Assembly: GCF_001194135.2 (NCBI RefSeq)
Contig: NC_068983.1
Location: forward strand, 41,629,639 to 41,677,142
DNA: 47,504 bases
Direction: 5' to 3'
DNA from: Octopus bimaculoides
Lineage: Eukaryota
The notes beneath the pieces are model-generated. The model worked only from the letters and a program-made list of their open reading frames with translations. It searched no databases and had not been told where the DNA came from. Positions 36,451 through 47,504 of this stretch are shown one piece after another (positions within the stretch are counted from its first letter, which is position 1; every line of letters begins with the position of its first letter). Both the position numbers and the translations under genes were made by a program.

Positions 36451-37299
36451 ATTGGTGCATACAGAACATTTCTGTTTTATTGCTTATCAAACCCATCTAT
36501 TGATAAAGTAATTTTATTAAAATCTCATTTCGTAAGAAGAAATATACACACACATACACTCACGCGCTCGTATATTACGTTCGTGAATATGCGCACACAA
36601 AATACATATTTTTATAGGTATGCATATATATTTGTTTATGCATGTTTGTTTGTTTGTGTGTGTGTGTGTGTGTGTGTGCATATACACATACATTGGGGCA
36701 TATTTGCATGAATAAACACACAAAAGACTAATATATAAGTTGATATACACTTGCATATTTCACACACACACACACACACACACAGACACACTTTCCCCTT
36801 GTTATACGTACACATTGAAAAAAATATTCATACATTTATATACATAAATACATACATACATACATAGAGTACATTTGTCTCGTCATAGTAGTGTACATGG
36901 GTGTATAACTAATTTAATTTAAAAGGAAAGAACGAAAAATATTGGAATTCCCGTGAAGATTCTATGGCGATTCCTGCAGGCGTAGTTAGCTACGGAATCA
37001 TTTTCCAGATATATCACGTTGATATGTTATTGGCACTTACGTATGTATGTATGTATGTATGTATGTATCAATAAATGGATATAATCAGACAAACGGCTCG
37101 GTATTTTATAGTGCTTCTTCTATAAATGGACCAAAGAACCAAGTGACATTTCCGTAGATTGGTGTTGCTTGGACAAATACCAATTGTGGTTATAATATTC
37201 TTCTAATGTTTAAAGCCGTTTCTTTTCTTGTTTTTATCATTCTGTTGAAATGTTTTCTAATTTTGGTAACGAGTCCAGCCATCTTTCCAAGAGATACCT

Positions 37300-37490
37300 A
37301 TTACATCGTCTCCAGTACTCAACTGGTGCTTCTTTTATCGATCTCGAAAGGATTAAAGGCAAAGTCGATCTCGGCTTCATTTCTACTCAGAACATTAAGA
37401 AAATATCTTCCGGCTCTTTAATGTTTCGAGGTCAAATGTCGTAGTAACCAACTTTGCCTTTCGTCCTGTCGGAGTTGGTAAAATAAGAGT
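37300..37490. mobile_element. Head-to-head pair of truncated SINE-C copies
   Basis: aaaggcaaagtcgatctcggc (minus copy) and caactttgcctttcgtcctgtcgg (plus copy). Confidence 0.6.
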
Positions 37491-37546
37491 TGAGATTGCT
37501 GGTTTTGTTTCAAAATTAGAGTATATTTATGTTGAAGAACAGTTTT

Positions 37547-37780
37547 TGTACATTATTTACATTTGACGGATATTTGCCTTCATCTTGTTCGTTGTTAACA
37601 CAACGTCTCGGCTGATGTATTCTCCAGCCTTCGTCAGGTGTCTTGGAGAAATTTCGAACCTGGGTTCTCATTCCTAAAGTATTTGGCGATATTATTATTA
37701 TTCAGGTCATTGCCTGGAATTGAACTCGGAGTCTTGGGGTTAGTAACCTGCGCTCTGAACCACTATGCCATATGCCCGTG
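37547..37780 (-). mobile_element. SINE-H: tRNA-derived head followed by a hammerhead-bearing 3' module
   Basis: Reverse complement has A-box tggcatagtgg, anticodon-like ggttactaacc, B-box gagttcaattcc, a (TAA)n linker, then gacac-ctgacga-a-ggctg...cagcc-gagac-gt-t-gtgtt. Confidence 0.7.
37597..37642 (-). ncRNA. Minimal type-I hammerhead motif with A14G substitution
   Basis: GACAC-CTGACGA-A-GGCTG(GAGAATACAT)CAGCC-GAGAC-GT-T-GTGTT; stem I GACAC/GTGTT, 5-bp stem II. Confidence 0.65.
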
Positions 37781-37989
37781 GACAAACAGCTTTCGTTTCA
37801 TTCTTTATAAAATAACTGTCGTTTCGAACAACTAAATTCGAAAATTGTATAATACGAAGTGTGTATCATCGAACGGAGACCTGACTCAGACGGGTTGGTG
37901 TCAAAAGGGCTAAGCAGGCTGGAGCATGCTGGATCATTTGTTTGAGCCCCACAGATCACTTTGTGGGTATCTCGTTGGAACTGTTTACT

Positions 37990-38260
37990 TTCTGTGTTCA
38001 AATCGCACTGAGGTCAGTCTCGCGTTCCTTCTGGGATCAAATAAACTTAAAGTATTATTTATTTCTATTTGTAAGATGGGGAGTTGGCAGATTCGTTGAC
38101 ACGCTGGACAAACCTGCCTAGCGGCATAACGTTCTGAGTTCAAATTCCGCCGAAGTTGATTTTGCATTTTCATCGTTTCGGAATCGATAAAATTGAGCAC
38201 TTGGGTCGAAGTAATCGATTTCGCCACTCTTCAGAACTGCTGGCCATGCGCCAAGGATAA
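37990..38260 (+). mobile_element. Two tandem old SINE-C fragments
   Basis: gtgttcaaatcgcactgaggtcag... and gagttcaaattccgccgaagttgattttgc... Confidence 0.65.
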
Positions 38261-38390
38261 GAGATTTATTTTCTTCTGCGGATATTTCTTAACAAGATTT
38301 ATACGGCTGTTCTTTCTTCATTCTTCTAAAAGCATGATTCTCACACACACAGAGATTAAGGTGTCAGTTTTCGAGTATGTATACACTCCT

Positions 38391-38720
38391 GTGAAGGCAC
38401 GTGGTTTTAGTGGTTCAGACACTCGACTCGTGATCGTCAGGCCGAGAGCTCGATTCCTCGTGGTGCCTTGTGTCCTTGAGCAAGACGACACTGTATTTTA
38501 CGTTGCTCCAATTAAAGGTAGAACTCCAAAATGAGTCCTACCTTTGATTAAAATAGACCAGTCTTGTCATATTCTGTGTCTGGCCGAATCTCTTGGAAAA
38601 ATTCGTTATGGGCTCCCGTGTCTGTGGAGTGCTCAGCCACTTGCACGTTAATTTCACGAGCAGCCTGTTCCGTCGATCGGATCAACTGGAACCCTCGTCT
38701 TCGAATGCAACGGAGTCCCA
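38391..38720 (+). mobile_element. SINE-B, CORE subfamily
   Basis: gtgaaggcacgtggttttagtgg...gtgtccttgagcaagacg...gtctgtggagtgctcagccacttgcacgttaatttcacgagc. Confidence 0.85.
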
Positions 38721-39651
38721 GTATACACACAAGACCAGTTCCAATATGTTAGAGATATGTGAACTCGAGAATGGTTTCCATTGCAGTTTGTCGTGAATTC
38801 TTTGTCTAAAAGAGAGAACGATGTTGTTAACTTGCTCAATCCATGTTTATATTTTCTTTAATGTTCTTTTTTTTTTCTTTAATTGGAGGAAAAGGGAGAG
38901 GAGACTTGTAATGGGAGGAAATGAAGATTTGTGATCTTCATTCTTTCTTGTGATTCAGGGTGAACAGAACGCGAAAGTCGTGATTCGGGTGTTAAGGAGC
39001 GTCCTTAAAATTAAAAAAAATATTCATGAGAGAGAGAGAGAGAGAGAGAGAGAGNNNNNNNNNNNNNNNNNNNNNNNNNNNNNNNNNNNNNNNNNNNNNN
39101 NNNNNNNNNNNNNNNNNNNNNNNNNNNNNNNNNNNNNNNNNNNNNNNNNNNNNNNNNNNNNNNNNNNNNNNNNNNNNNNTCCTGCGAGGAATTAGCTCTT
39201 ATCATGGCTTCCTCAGTTGAAAATAAAACAAACACTTAGACTGTTGGAGCACATGCGTTTTGTGTGTGTGTGTGTGTGTGTGTGTACATACATACTCACA
39301 TATATAGAAATATATAATTTGGGTGAGAAAGAGAGAGAGAGAGAGACAGACAGTTATAAGAAGAGTAATTCAAGGAGGCCGATGATATGTATTTAGATAA
39401 TCAAGTTAAAGGCTGACATACTGAATGCCGTTCACAATAAATTCTTAAGTTTTTGAAAATCTCCCTCTGAGTGGGAAACGGGAAGCAGGATCCCTGGCGG
39501 CATATCTTAGTGACTCATTTCCAGGATAGATTTCTGCTGAGTTCATGTACGTCTTACTGAAAAGACAACGTGATCCTTGTTGCAATGAAGGGAGGCAACT
39601 AAGTACATATCTTTTGGCCTGTTCGGCTTCATCGGCGTGCAGATTCATGTG

Positions 39652-39697
<46 letters not shown>
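39652..39697. repeat. (ATCT)n microsatellite
   Basis: About 11 units. Confidence 0.95.
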
Positions 39698-39698
<1 letters not shown>

Positions 39699-40111
39699 GC
39701 GTGCATACGCTTATATAATTAATGAAGATATAAAGTATTACAAAATGTTATGTTCCTAGTGATTCAGAGATGTGATTTTTACCATTAGTGTGTGTGTGTA
39801 TGTATGTATGTATGTATGTATATATATATATTTATATATATATATATATATATAGTAGTGAAACGCCTAGTTTAGAATAGAGGCAGCTGACGAAGGAAAA
39901 GTTCCATATGTGGTTTGTCTGTTTTCCTATGTGTTCATTCTGTTGTCCGAAAAAAAAAGTTCGTTTTTTTGTGCTGTGTTTAATGTTCCTGTTCCTTTTT
40001 TGTCCACGTTTTTTTTTGACGTCCTGTACCCAGATATGCATCTATATATACATGTAGATGTAGGTATGTACATATATGTATGTTTATATGCATATGCTCA
40101 CATATCATTTG

Positions 40112-40153
<42 letters not shown>

Positions 40154-40764
40154 TAATGGTTTTCAAGAAACAAAAGCAGCTGTATCGGTAGAATTTAGAT
40201 AGTGAAAGTGATGTTACACATTCAGCTTTAGAAAAGGCTTGCATATTTTCACTCCTCCACTGTTTTTCAAGTGCGTGTTAACTCGCCATTTATTCTTTAC
40301 TTGTAATCGTTCAACTTTCCGAAATCCACATTTAGACATTTGCTAACATAGACCAAATGCATTGATAATTGTCAATGGTATATTTGTGAATATTTAATAA
40401 CTTGGATAGAGAAGCTGTAGGTTTTAAAACAGTTGTCCGTAAATACTCTTTTATACTCTGTTTGTAGAAGAAATGTTAACATCTGTTCTTATGCAACGAC
40501 TGTATGCATGTATGTGTTCTGTTCTCTTCTTTCTGTAAGGAAGGACTTGATTTCTAACAAACAGAATGTAGATATCAAAAACAATTTCACATTTTGAACT
40601 TTAGAAAAGATTTGCATATTTTTATTGTTCCGCTTACAAATTGTATTTGTAATGTGTGCGTGTAACTAGCAGATTGATTTCGCTGTCTGAAAACTCCAAC
40701 TTACCCAGATTGTCAATTAAGCATTTACTCACAAAACCAACTGTATGCCATTATTCAGTTTTAT

Positions 40765-41035
40765 TTCAAGATTTCTTGCCAATAGAGAAAGAACCGGTTT
40801 CTAACCTAGATCCAAGGGTCCTTCATTGGAATTTCAGCATCAACAACAGGGTATTTTTTCTATGTATGTATGTATGCACGTATACGTGAAAATTTTGAAG
40901 TCTTCTCATGCATATTTGCATAAGCTTTTGGAACGTTTTAGAGATTTTTACAGTTCCAGTGATGGATTTGTGATGGATTGGTTCTGTAGTCTTCGAATCA
41001 GCTTTCTCATTTCTGGTCTTGCGAAGCCTAATTTG
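40765..41035 (-). mobile_element. Second 3' end of the R4-like RLE LINE
   Basis: Minus strand encodes ...SITGTVKISKTFQK and carries the same 3' UTR as 3843-4250. The 5' junction abuts a (CA)n tract. Confidence 0.75.
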
Positions 41036-42093
41036 TGTGTGTGTGTGTGTGTGTTCTCTTTCTCTTAATTTAGGATGCAATTTGACCGACCACCATATTT
41101 GTTAGCAAGGTTGTGAAGGAAAGCATCTTGTTTTAGCCATCGACCTATAAATTTTAAGGTCTTGCAGATTTTTCTAGCCCCAGATATCATGATCATTTGT
41201 AGTGTATGAATTAAGGATTTGTGTTTTTCTGTCCAAGAACCAAAATTCAGCCATACTTTGCTCCAAATGTGTTGGTACGTATCCTGTTGCTATAATAATA
41301 ATAGGTAGGAAGCTTTTGGTATTGGATTTGCAAACTCCTTATCAATGGGCCATAGATGTCGTATGCATGAATGTATGTGTGCATGCATATAATATGTATG
41401 AATGTATGTATGTATTCTTGAAGCGTCAGTTATAAACAAATGCTGTGATACGTTTGTCATTCGATTCGTTATTGATTTGGGTGTGTGTGTGAGAGAGAGA
41501 ACGAGCGAGCAAGCAATCACCTATAGATCGAAATGTCGCCGGTTCAGTCTTAAATGTCCGTCCGTTGGAGGCGCTGTTTGTCAGGCAGCTGTTGCTGCTC
41601 AATGCAGGTGTGAAACAATTTGCCTCACTGAATGTGTGTCAAAAGAGTTCATTGAAGCTTTTCATTCTCACATACACACATCCACTTGCATGTTCCCCCA
41701 CCACTACCACCACACAGACTCACACTGTGTCTATTAGTTCACTTGTTCTTATTTTGACCAATGATAATGTAATGCAATTTATTCTGAATGGATTAATATA
41801 CACTGCGTTTCTACACACACACACACACACACACNNNNNNNNNNNNNNNNNNNNNNNNNNNNNNNNNNNNNNNNNNNNNNNNNNNNNNNNNNNNNNNNNN
41901 NNNNNNNNNNNNNNNNNNNNNNNNNNNNNNNNNNNNNNNNNNNNNNNNNNNNNNNNNNNNNNNNNNNNNNNNNNNNNNNNNNNNNNNNNNNNNNNNNNNN
42001 NNNNNNNNNNNNNNNNNNNNNNNNNNNNNNNNNNNNNNNNNNNNNNNNNNNNNNNNNNNNNNNNNNNNNNNNNNNNNNNNNNNNNNNNNNNNN

Positions 42094-42134
<41 letters not shown>

Positions 42135-42951
42135 AGGCACACACACACTCTCACACATTCATGTAATACGTGTGTACACGCGCACACACAAATTTATGAA
42201 TGACATTTATTGTTGACTCCTTTCATAAATTAATGTGTCTGTATATCTGAACCAGTGTTTGCAAGTACTAATTGTGCGCGTACGTACACACACACACACA
42301 CAATATGGTTGCGTGTATGTAATTGTATGTGTTTTGTATGGTTCTGTTTGTGTATACCTCTACACTTCACACATTGTGGTCGTGATAAATAGGCAATTCG
42401 TGTGTTTGTTATGCTCGGTGTTTGTTCTTAATAGTACGAAGAATACGTCTGAAAGTGCGTGTATGTATGTATGAGTCACATTGCTCATGTCTCATTATAA
42501 TATATAACGCAATGGCAACGACAGCGACAATGTTGGTGATAGTGATGACTATGGTTTGTAATTATTATTGTTGTTGTTGTGTTTGTTGTAATAAGCCCGA
42601 GTTGTAACGGTGAAGCATTTTAACGGCCAGTCCAGACGACTTTTACCTAATCTATTGTTGGAGTTGTTATAGCCGTCTCTCATTAAATGTTAGTTCGAAG
42701 ACAGAATTGACTTCCCTTGTCAACTGGTGGCGCATTAGTGTTTAACTCGGAACAAAAGACAACTTAACTGATAAAATAAATGACACCCATTGATCGTACG
42801 GAAGTATTTATCTACCCTAGGCCTCTTGCTGACCGCTCTCTACTCCCACCTCTCTCTTTCTTTCTTTTGTCTCTTTGTCTTTCGTTTTCCTCTTTCTCTC
42901 TCTCTCGTTTCAAAACTTGCAAGCACGTATGTCTTCCCTAGTTCTACATAT

Positions 42952-42986
<35 letters not shown>

Positions 42987-43029
42987 ATTCGCACAGTGGG
43001 GATAAACTGTTACAAATTTTAGCCGAAAG

Positions 43030-43425
43030 CCAGCAATTTTTAGGGGAAGTAGATGAGTCAGTTCGATGCTCAGTACTCAGCAGGTAGTTTATTTTAGCGA
43101 CCCCGAAAGGACAAAAGGCAAAACCGACCTCTGCAGTATTTGAACTCAGAACGTAAAGGCGGACGAAATGTCGCTAAGCATTTTCTCCGGCGCAATAATA
43201 ATCATGTGGGAATGATTAAAGCAGCGGGCTGGTTGAATCGTTAACGCAAAATACTTAACGGCCTTTCGTTCGTCTTTATGTTCTGAGATCAAACTCCGCC
43301 GAGGTCTACTTCGCTTTTCATCCTTTCGGGGTCGATAAAATAAGTACCAGTTGATCACTGGGGTCAAATGTAATCGACTTATCTCCTTACCCAGAATTGC
43401 TGGCCTTGTACTAAAATTTGAAATC
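43030..43425. mobile_element. Head-to-head SINE-C pair (minus ~43030-43195, plus ~43215-43425)
   Basis: gaccccgaaaggacaaaaggcaaaaccgacc...gaactcagaacgtaaag mirrors ctttatgttctgag...cttttcatcctttcggggtcg. Confidence 0.8.
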
Positions 43426-43675
43426 AGTGTAATGTGGTTGCGAAACCAACTGCTTACCACCACTCGGCCAGCCATGCCTACGCCTATCCGAACGTGCACA
43501 AACGAAGATTTTAAGGCCCAGGTTTAATATACACGGGTTACGACTCCTGTGATGTTCAGGCTGAAGGATATCAACTTTATTGTCAGGACTTGGTTGGTAG
43601 GTTTGTCTCTAGGTTTGTGTGTGTGAGTTAGGGGACGGGTGCGATGACTGATGGCTTTGCGGACACATCCTTGCT

Positions 43676-43688
43676 GTTGCCTAGCAAC
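43676..43688. promoter_or_regulatory. RFX X-box motif candidate
   Basis: GTTGCCTAGCAAC matches GTNRCC(N0-3)RGYAAC exactly and lies in non-SINE sequence. Motif match only. Confidence 0.3.
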
Positions 43689-43961
43689 CGCCATGACCTT
43701 GTTTTTTTTTTCCCAGAATACAAAACACGCACGCACGCACTCTCTCTATCTCCACCTTCTCTCTTATTCTCCTCCCTCCTCTCTCTCTTCACACAAACTC
43801 AGCGACTCCATATGTATCGCCACTATCATTATTCTTGTAAAACCTTTTCGTGTTACTTGCTTCATTTGTCTTTGAATACCAATTTATTGTTATTTATTAT
43901 CTTCGCTGCTACCATTTGGTCCGTTTTTGTGTACTCACCCACTCGCGCGCGCACACGCGCA

Positions 43962-43992
<31 letters not shown>

Positions 43993-45720
43993 TCTCTCTC
44001 TCTCTCTCTCTCTACACGCATGCGTGCGCGTTAAAGTTCTTGGTCAAATTCTGTTGTAGGGAATAGGAGAAATACTAACGAACCTACAGACACGAATCAG
44101 CACATATACACACACCAAAAGACACATGCATGCATACAACAAACTTATATACACACACGCACACACACACATTTATCCTCGAAGAGATTTGACTGAGAAA
44201 CTATAAGGGTGGAGAGACGAGAGAGAGAGGTGGGGGCGCATTAAGAGTGATAAAAGTATGGAGAACAGTTTTTCATACAAGTAGTCTATTTTGTGTTTCT
44301 GATCTGTGATAAAGTGTGTAGAAGTCCACCGTCGGACGGTTCTAGTTACAAATCATTGTTTTAATTCGAGAAGAAATCGGTAACCTCTTTGTTCGATAGC
44401 TTCTTCATTTCTGGGTGAAGGGGCTGCTATGAGTGGTCTCCCTTGACCCCGTCTCTCACCGTAATGTTGTTGATGCTACGAAGTGAGAGAGAAGAATCGA
44501 TCGAAATTTGACCCTGAAGCATCGGAACAAATACCGTAATAGATTTTATCCGACGCTCATAGGATCTCCTTCGGTTTCGACGATGAGTATTCAGTAGTTC
44601 AATCGACTTAATTAGCATCTAATTAACCGAGTATTCCACAGGCATGGCCATGCCTTCATGTAATTCTAAAGCAGAATCATATGTATCGAACTTTTATATG
44701 TAATGGGGTTGATTTTTTTTTCTTACTAAACTGTGCAAGGTGGTGCCCCAGCATGGCCACAGTCCATTGATTGAAACAAGTAATAGCAATTAATAGTCAA
44801 CAAATGGAATGACTCTTAAGGTATTTGTTATCGTAAACATGTGGTTACAAGCTGGGATCGAACTTGAGATCCACACAGCCCGAACGCCGGAAGCTTAACG
44901 TCAATAGCAGAATGCCGTTTTTATGCCAATTAGGTTCACTGAAACGATAGTATTTGGCATCATTTTTAACGCTTATGCAGCTTTAGTCTGGTTCCGACAT
45001 GGTGGCTGCAACTCTGGCTTTAACTTCGGTAGTCTTACCTTCGATTACCACCCGAATTACATTGGATATCTTTGTATTGATGATAGTATCCTAATTTGAA
45101 TAGTTCGTTTACTTTGTAAGGAGCATAGGACCCGGTTTTCTGGTTTCTCTCGCGTATATATTCCTCCTTGAACGCGAGGAATTTAAAGGAGGCTAAAAAT
45201 GGTGGCCATTAGCTCTTGACTTATTTAATTTATTTGTCCCTGAAGGATGACAGAAAAAAGGTCGACTGTGATCAGGTCTGAACTTACAACTTAATGATTT
45301 CTGACTCAAGCATTATGCCTTAAATTTGGTGGAGGGTATATAGGTGATTGTTACACCACAGTAGGTGACTGGCACTTCATTTTATAAATCCCGTAAAGAG
45401 GAAAAGTAAAGTTGTCTTCGGCGGGATTTGATCTTAAAACCGCAAAGGTTCGTAATTTGAATATCGCAAATGAAGCATTTTACTCTAACGATCTTACCAC
45501 CCACCATTCTAACAATTATTATAATGACAAATAAATAGCACAACACGTTTTTCGATATACACTTTCTTACATCAATACAAACACATCCACGCACGTACAC
45601 ACACACACACACACATTGTAAATGGTAACAAATGTTATGTGTGTGGAAGGAGAGGTATTCCAAGGCAGCCCCACTATTTTTCTTCAATTCCTGTGTATGA
45701 TGAGAATTTGGTTTAAGTAA

Positions 45721-45753
<33 letters not shown>

Positions 45754-46291
45754 TCGTCAATATCTGTAGCGTGTGTGTCTATCTACCAACCTCTAAAGTC
45801 ACACAACACGTTTATTTTCTGATTTCACGCGTTCAGTTGTGGATATGTTCGAGCACAGCGTTTCGGGTTTTTTGGAGCGTTTTTTTCCCCCTAATTTTTA
45901 ATCGAACTCTATTTCTTTTATCGATTCTTNNNNNNNNNNNNNNNNNNNNNNNNNNNNNNNNNNNNNNNNNNNNNNNNNNNNNNNNNNNNNNNNNNNNNNN
46001 NNNNNNNNNNNNNNNNNNNNNNNNNNNNNNNNNNNNNNNNNNNNNNNNNNNNNNNNNNNNNNNNNNNNNNNNNNNNNNNNNNNNNNNNNNNNNNNNNNNN
46101 NNNNNNNNNNNNNNNNNNNNNNNNNNNNNNNNNNNNNNNNNNNNNNNNNNNNNNNNNNNNNNNNNNNNNNNNNNNNNNNNNNNNNNNNNNNNNNNNNNNN
46201 NNNNNNNNNNNNNNNNNNNNNNNNNNNNNNNNNNNNNNNNNNNNNNNNNNNNNNNNNNNNNNNNNNNNNNNNNNNNNNNNNNNNNNNNNNN

Positions 46292-46330
<39 letters not shown>

Positions 46331-47033
46331 ATCTTTCTCTCTCTCACACACACACACCTATAGTTTTAATTTAATTTCTTAATACTAGTTTCGGCTATTA
46401 AAGTGCAGTTGCGGCACTTGTAACTTGCTTTATCGATTTCTTTTTAATCCATCGAATCGCTAGGTTAAGCTTTTCCACATATCACACGTTTACAGCGCTA
46501 AACACAAATACAGATGTGAATATTCATATGTAATTGTTTTCATAACTAAACACGCACACACACACAGACCTATACATGTAAATGTGTGTGTGTGTGTGGG
46601 ACTGTATCTACTACATATGTCTATCATATCAGCTTGTTCAGAATTGTTTTTATTTAAACCATAAACAGATGTGCTTTAGCCGCCGGCTGCGTTTATTTAC
46701 ACGCCATGATATGCCAAGAATGTGGAACTTTTGGGAGATCCCCCCCCTTTTCACTCTTCCCGTCTTTACTTTGCAGAATCCTTCTAATAGCATACAGAGA
46801 AAATGGGGCCTCTAGCCACCAACCAATATGATTGGTGAACATAATATTACCTCTATTATACAATGGCTGATGCTAGTGTTTCCTGTATTTCTCTACCATA
46901 AACCACTATCATCATCTGCTGCTGCTGCTACTACTACTACTACTACTACTCGTAATGTGAGGTGCCGGGCGTAAAGCAGCTTTGAACTGCATCGTTAAAA
47001 TTGCTGCCTTGCTTCTTAGGCCGTTTGGTATAC

Positions 47034-47070
<37 letters not shown>

Positions 47071-47351
47071 ATATCTATCCACTCACCCACCCACCCATAC
47101 ATATTCTTGTGTAAACATGTATAGTGTGGGACACGTTATATTATCTAATTATCTTAGAATTTTTTTTCAAGAAACAACATTCTGTAATATTAAGCAATTG
47201 AAAAAAAGAAAGGAGCGGCGAAGTCCAGAGGAAATGAAAAACTTTTGATTCGGCTTCATAAATGCCATGCGCAAAACTCTCAGTCTCTGAGTCACTTGTA
47301 ACTTCTGTTGGTGAAAACATCATATACTGTATACATATATCTATCTATGTA

Positions 47352-47504
47352 CAGTAATCCCTCACCGTATCGCGGTTTATTATTTAAACTTACGTCGGCT
47401 CCTCCGCCGTGTTGTTTTGCATTTCTAATAAAATAAATACATACAAATAATAATAATAAATATACAGTACAGTACTGTTTTTACATCGCGGATTTTCACC
47501 TAAC
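47352..47504 (+). mobile_element. Tigger-like MITE left end, truncated by window edge
   Basis: ta|cagtaatccctcaccgtatcgcgg, the same terminus type as 8879. Confidence 0.65.

Noticed and set aside
5057-37780. tRNA genes at SINE heads
   Set aside because: A/B boxes are present, but acceptor and T stems are broken and each head continues into a SINE body.
39445-39648. 67-aa ORF in a GC-richer island
   Set aside because: No motif recognised in any frame; cannot be distinguished from chance.
39855-39905. Hammerhead-like ctgacga-a-ggaa(aag)ttcc with an upstream gaaac
   Set aside because: No GAAA follows stem II, and the upstream gaaac lacks both a stem II partner and the UH triplet, so no permutation folds.
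947-46382. Long ORFs in the track (e.g. 5150-6007, 11852-12538, 14651-15382, 32384-33370, 45726-46382)
   Set aside because: They are open only because they cross N-gaps. The rest (HTHT, YIYI, CVCV, LSLS) are translations of microsatellites or SINEs.
1-47504. CRISPR-like or prokaryotic systems
   Set aside because: No regularly spaced repeat-spacer array, operon-like ORF density or prokaryotic gene is present; the sequence is eukaryotic repeat-rich DNA.

Overview
AT-rich, microsatellite-dense eukaryotic draft scaffold with 16 N-gaps. I can support no host protein-coding exon, rRNA, true tRNA gene or CRISPR array. Nearly all ORFs in the track are low-complexity, gap-spanning or SINE-derived artefacts. 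The SINE families resemble those I recall from coleoid cephalopods (Octopus-like); this is an inference from recognition, not a search result. The window is a mosaic of four or more tRNA-derived SINE families (called SINE-A, -B, -C and -H here), LINE relics (RTE, R4/Dong-like RLE, probable CR1), a Penelope-like GIY-YIG relic, MITEs (Tigger-like, hAT-like, one with perfect 37-bp TIRs) and simple repeats. The most interesting signal is a set of Penelope-type minimal type-I hammerhead ribozyme motifs: one with a complete core at 32631-32667, and one in the 3' part of a tRNA-headed SINE at 37547-37780 (minus strand), which suggests a SINE-ribozyme hybrid possibly mobilised by Penelope. Other notable structures are a 65-bp duplication flanking a SINE-B, four head-to-head SINE-C pairs, and RLE-LINE 3' ends embedded in CATA/CA repeats. 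All alignments and folds were done by eye, so coordinates of degenerate elements are approximate.
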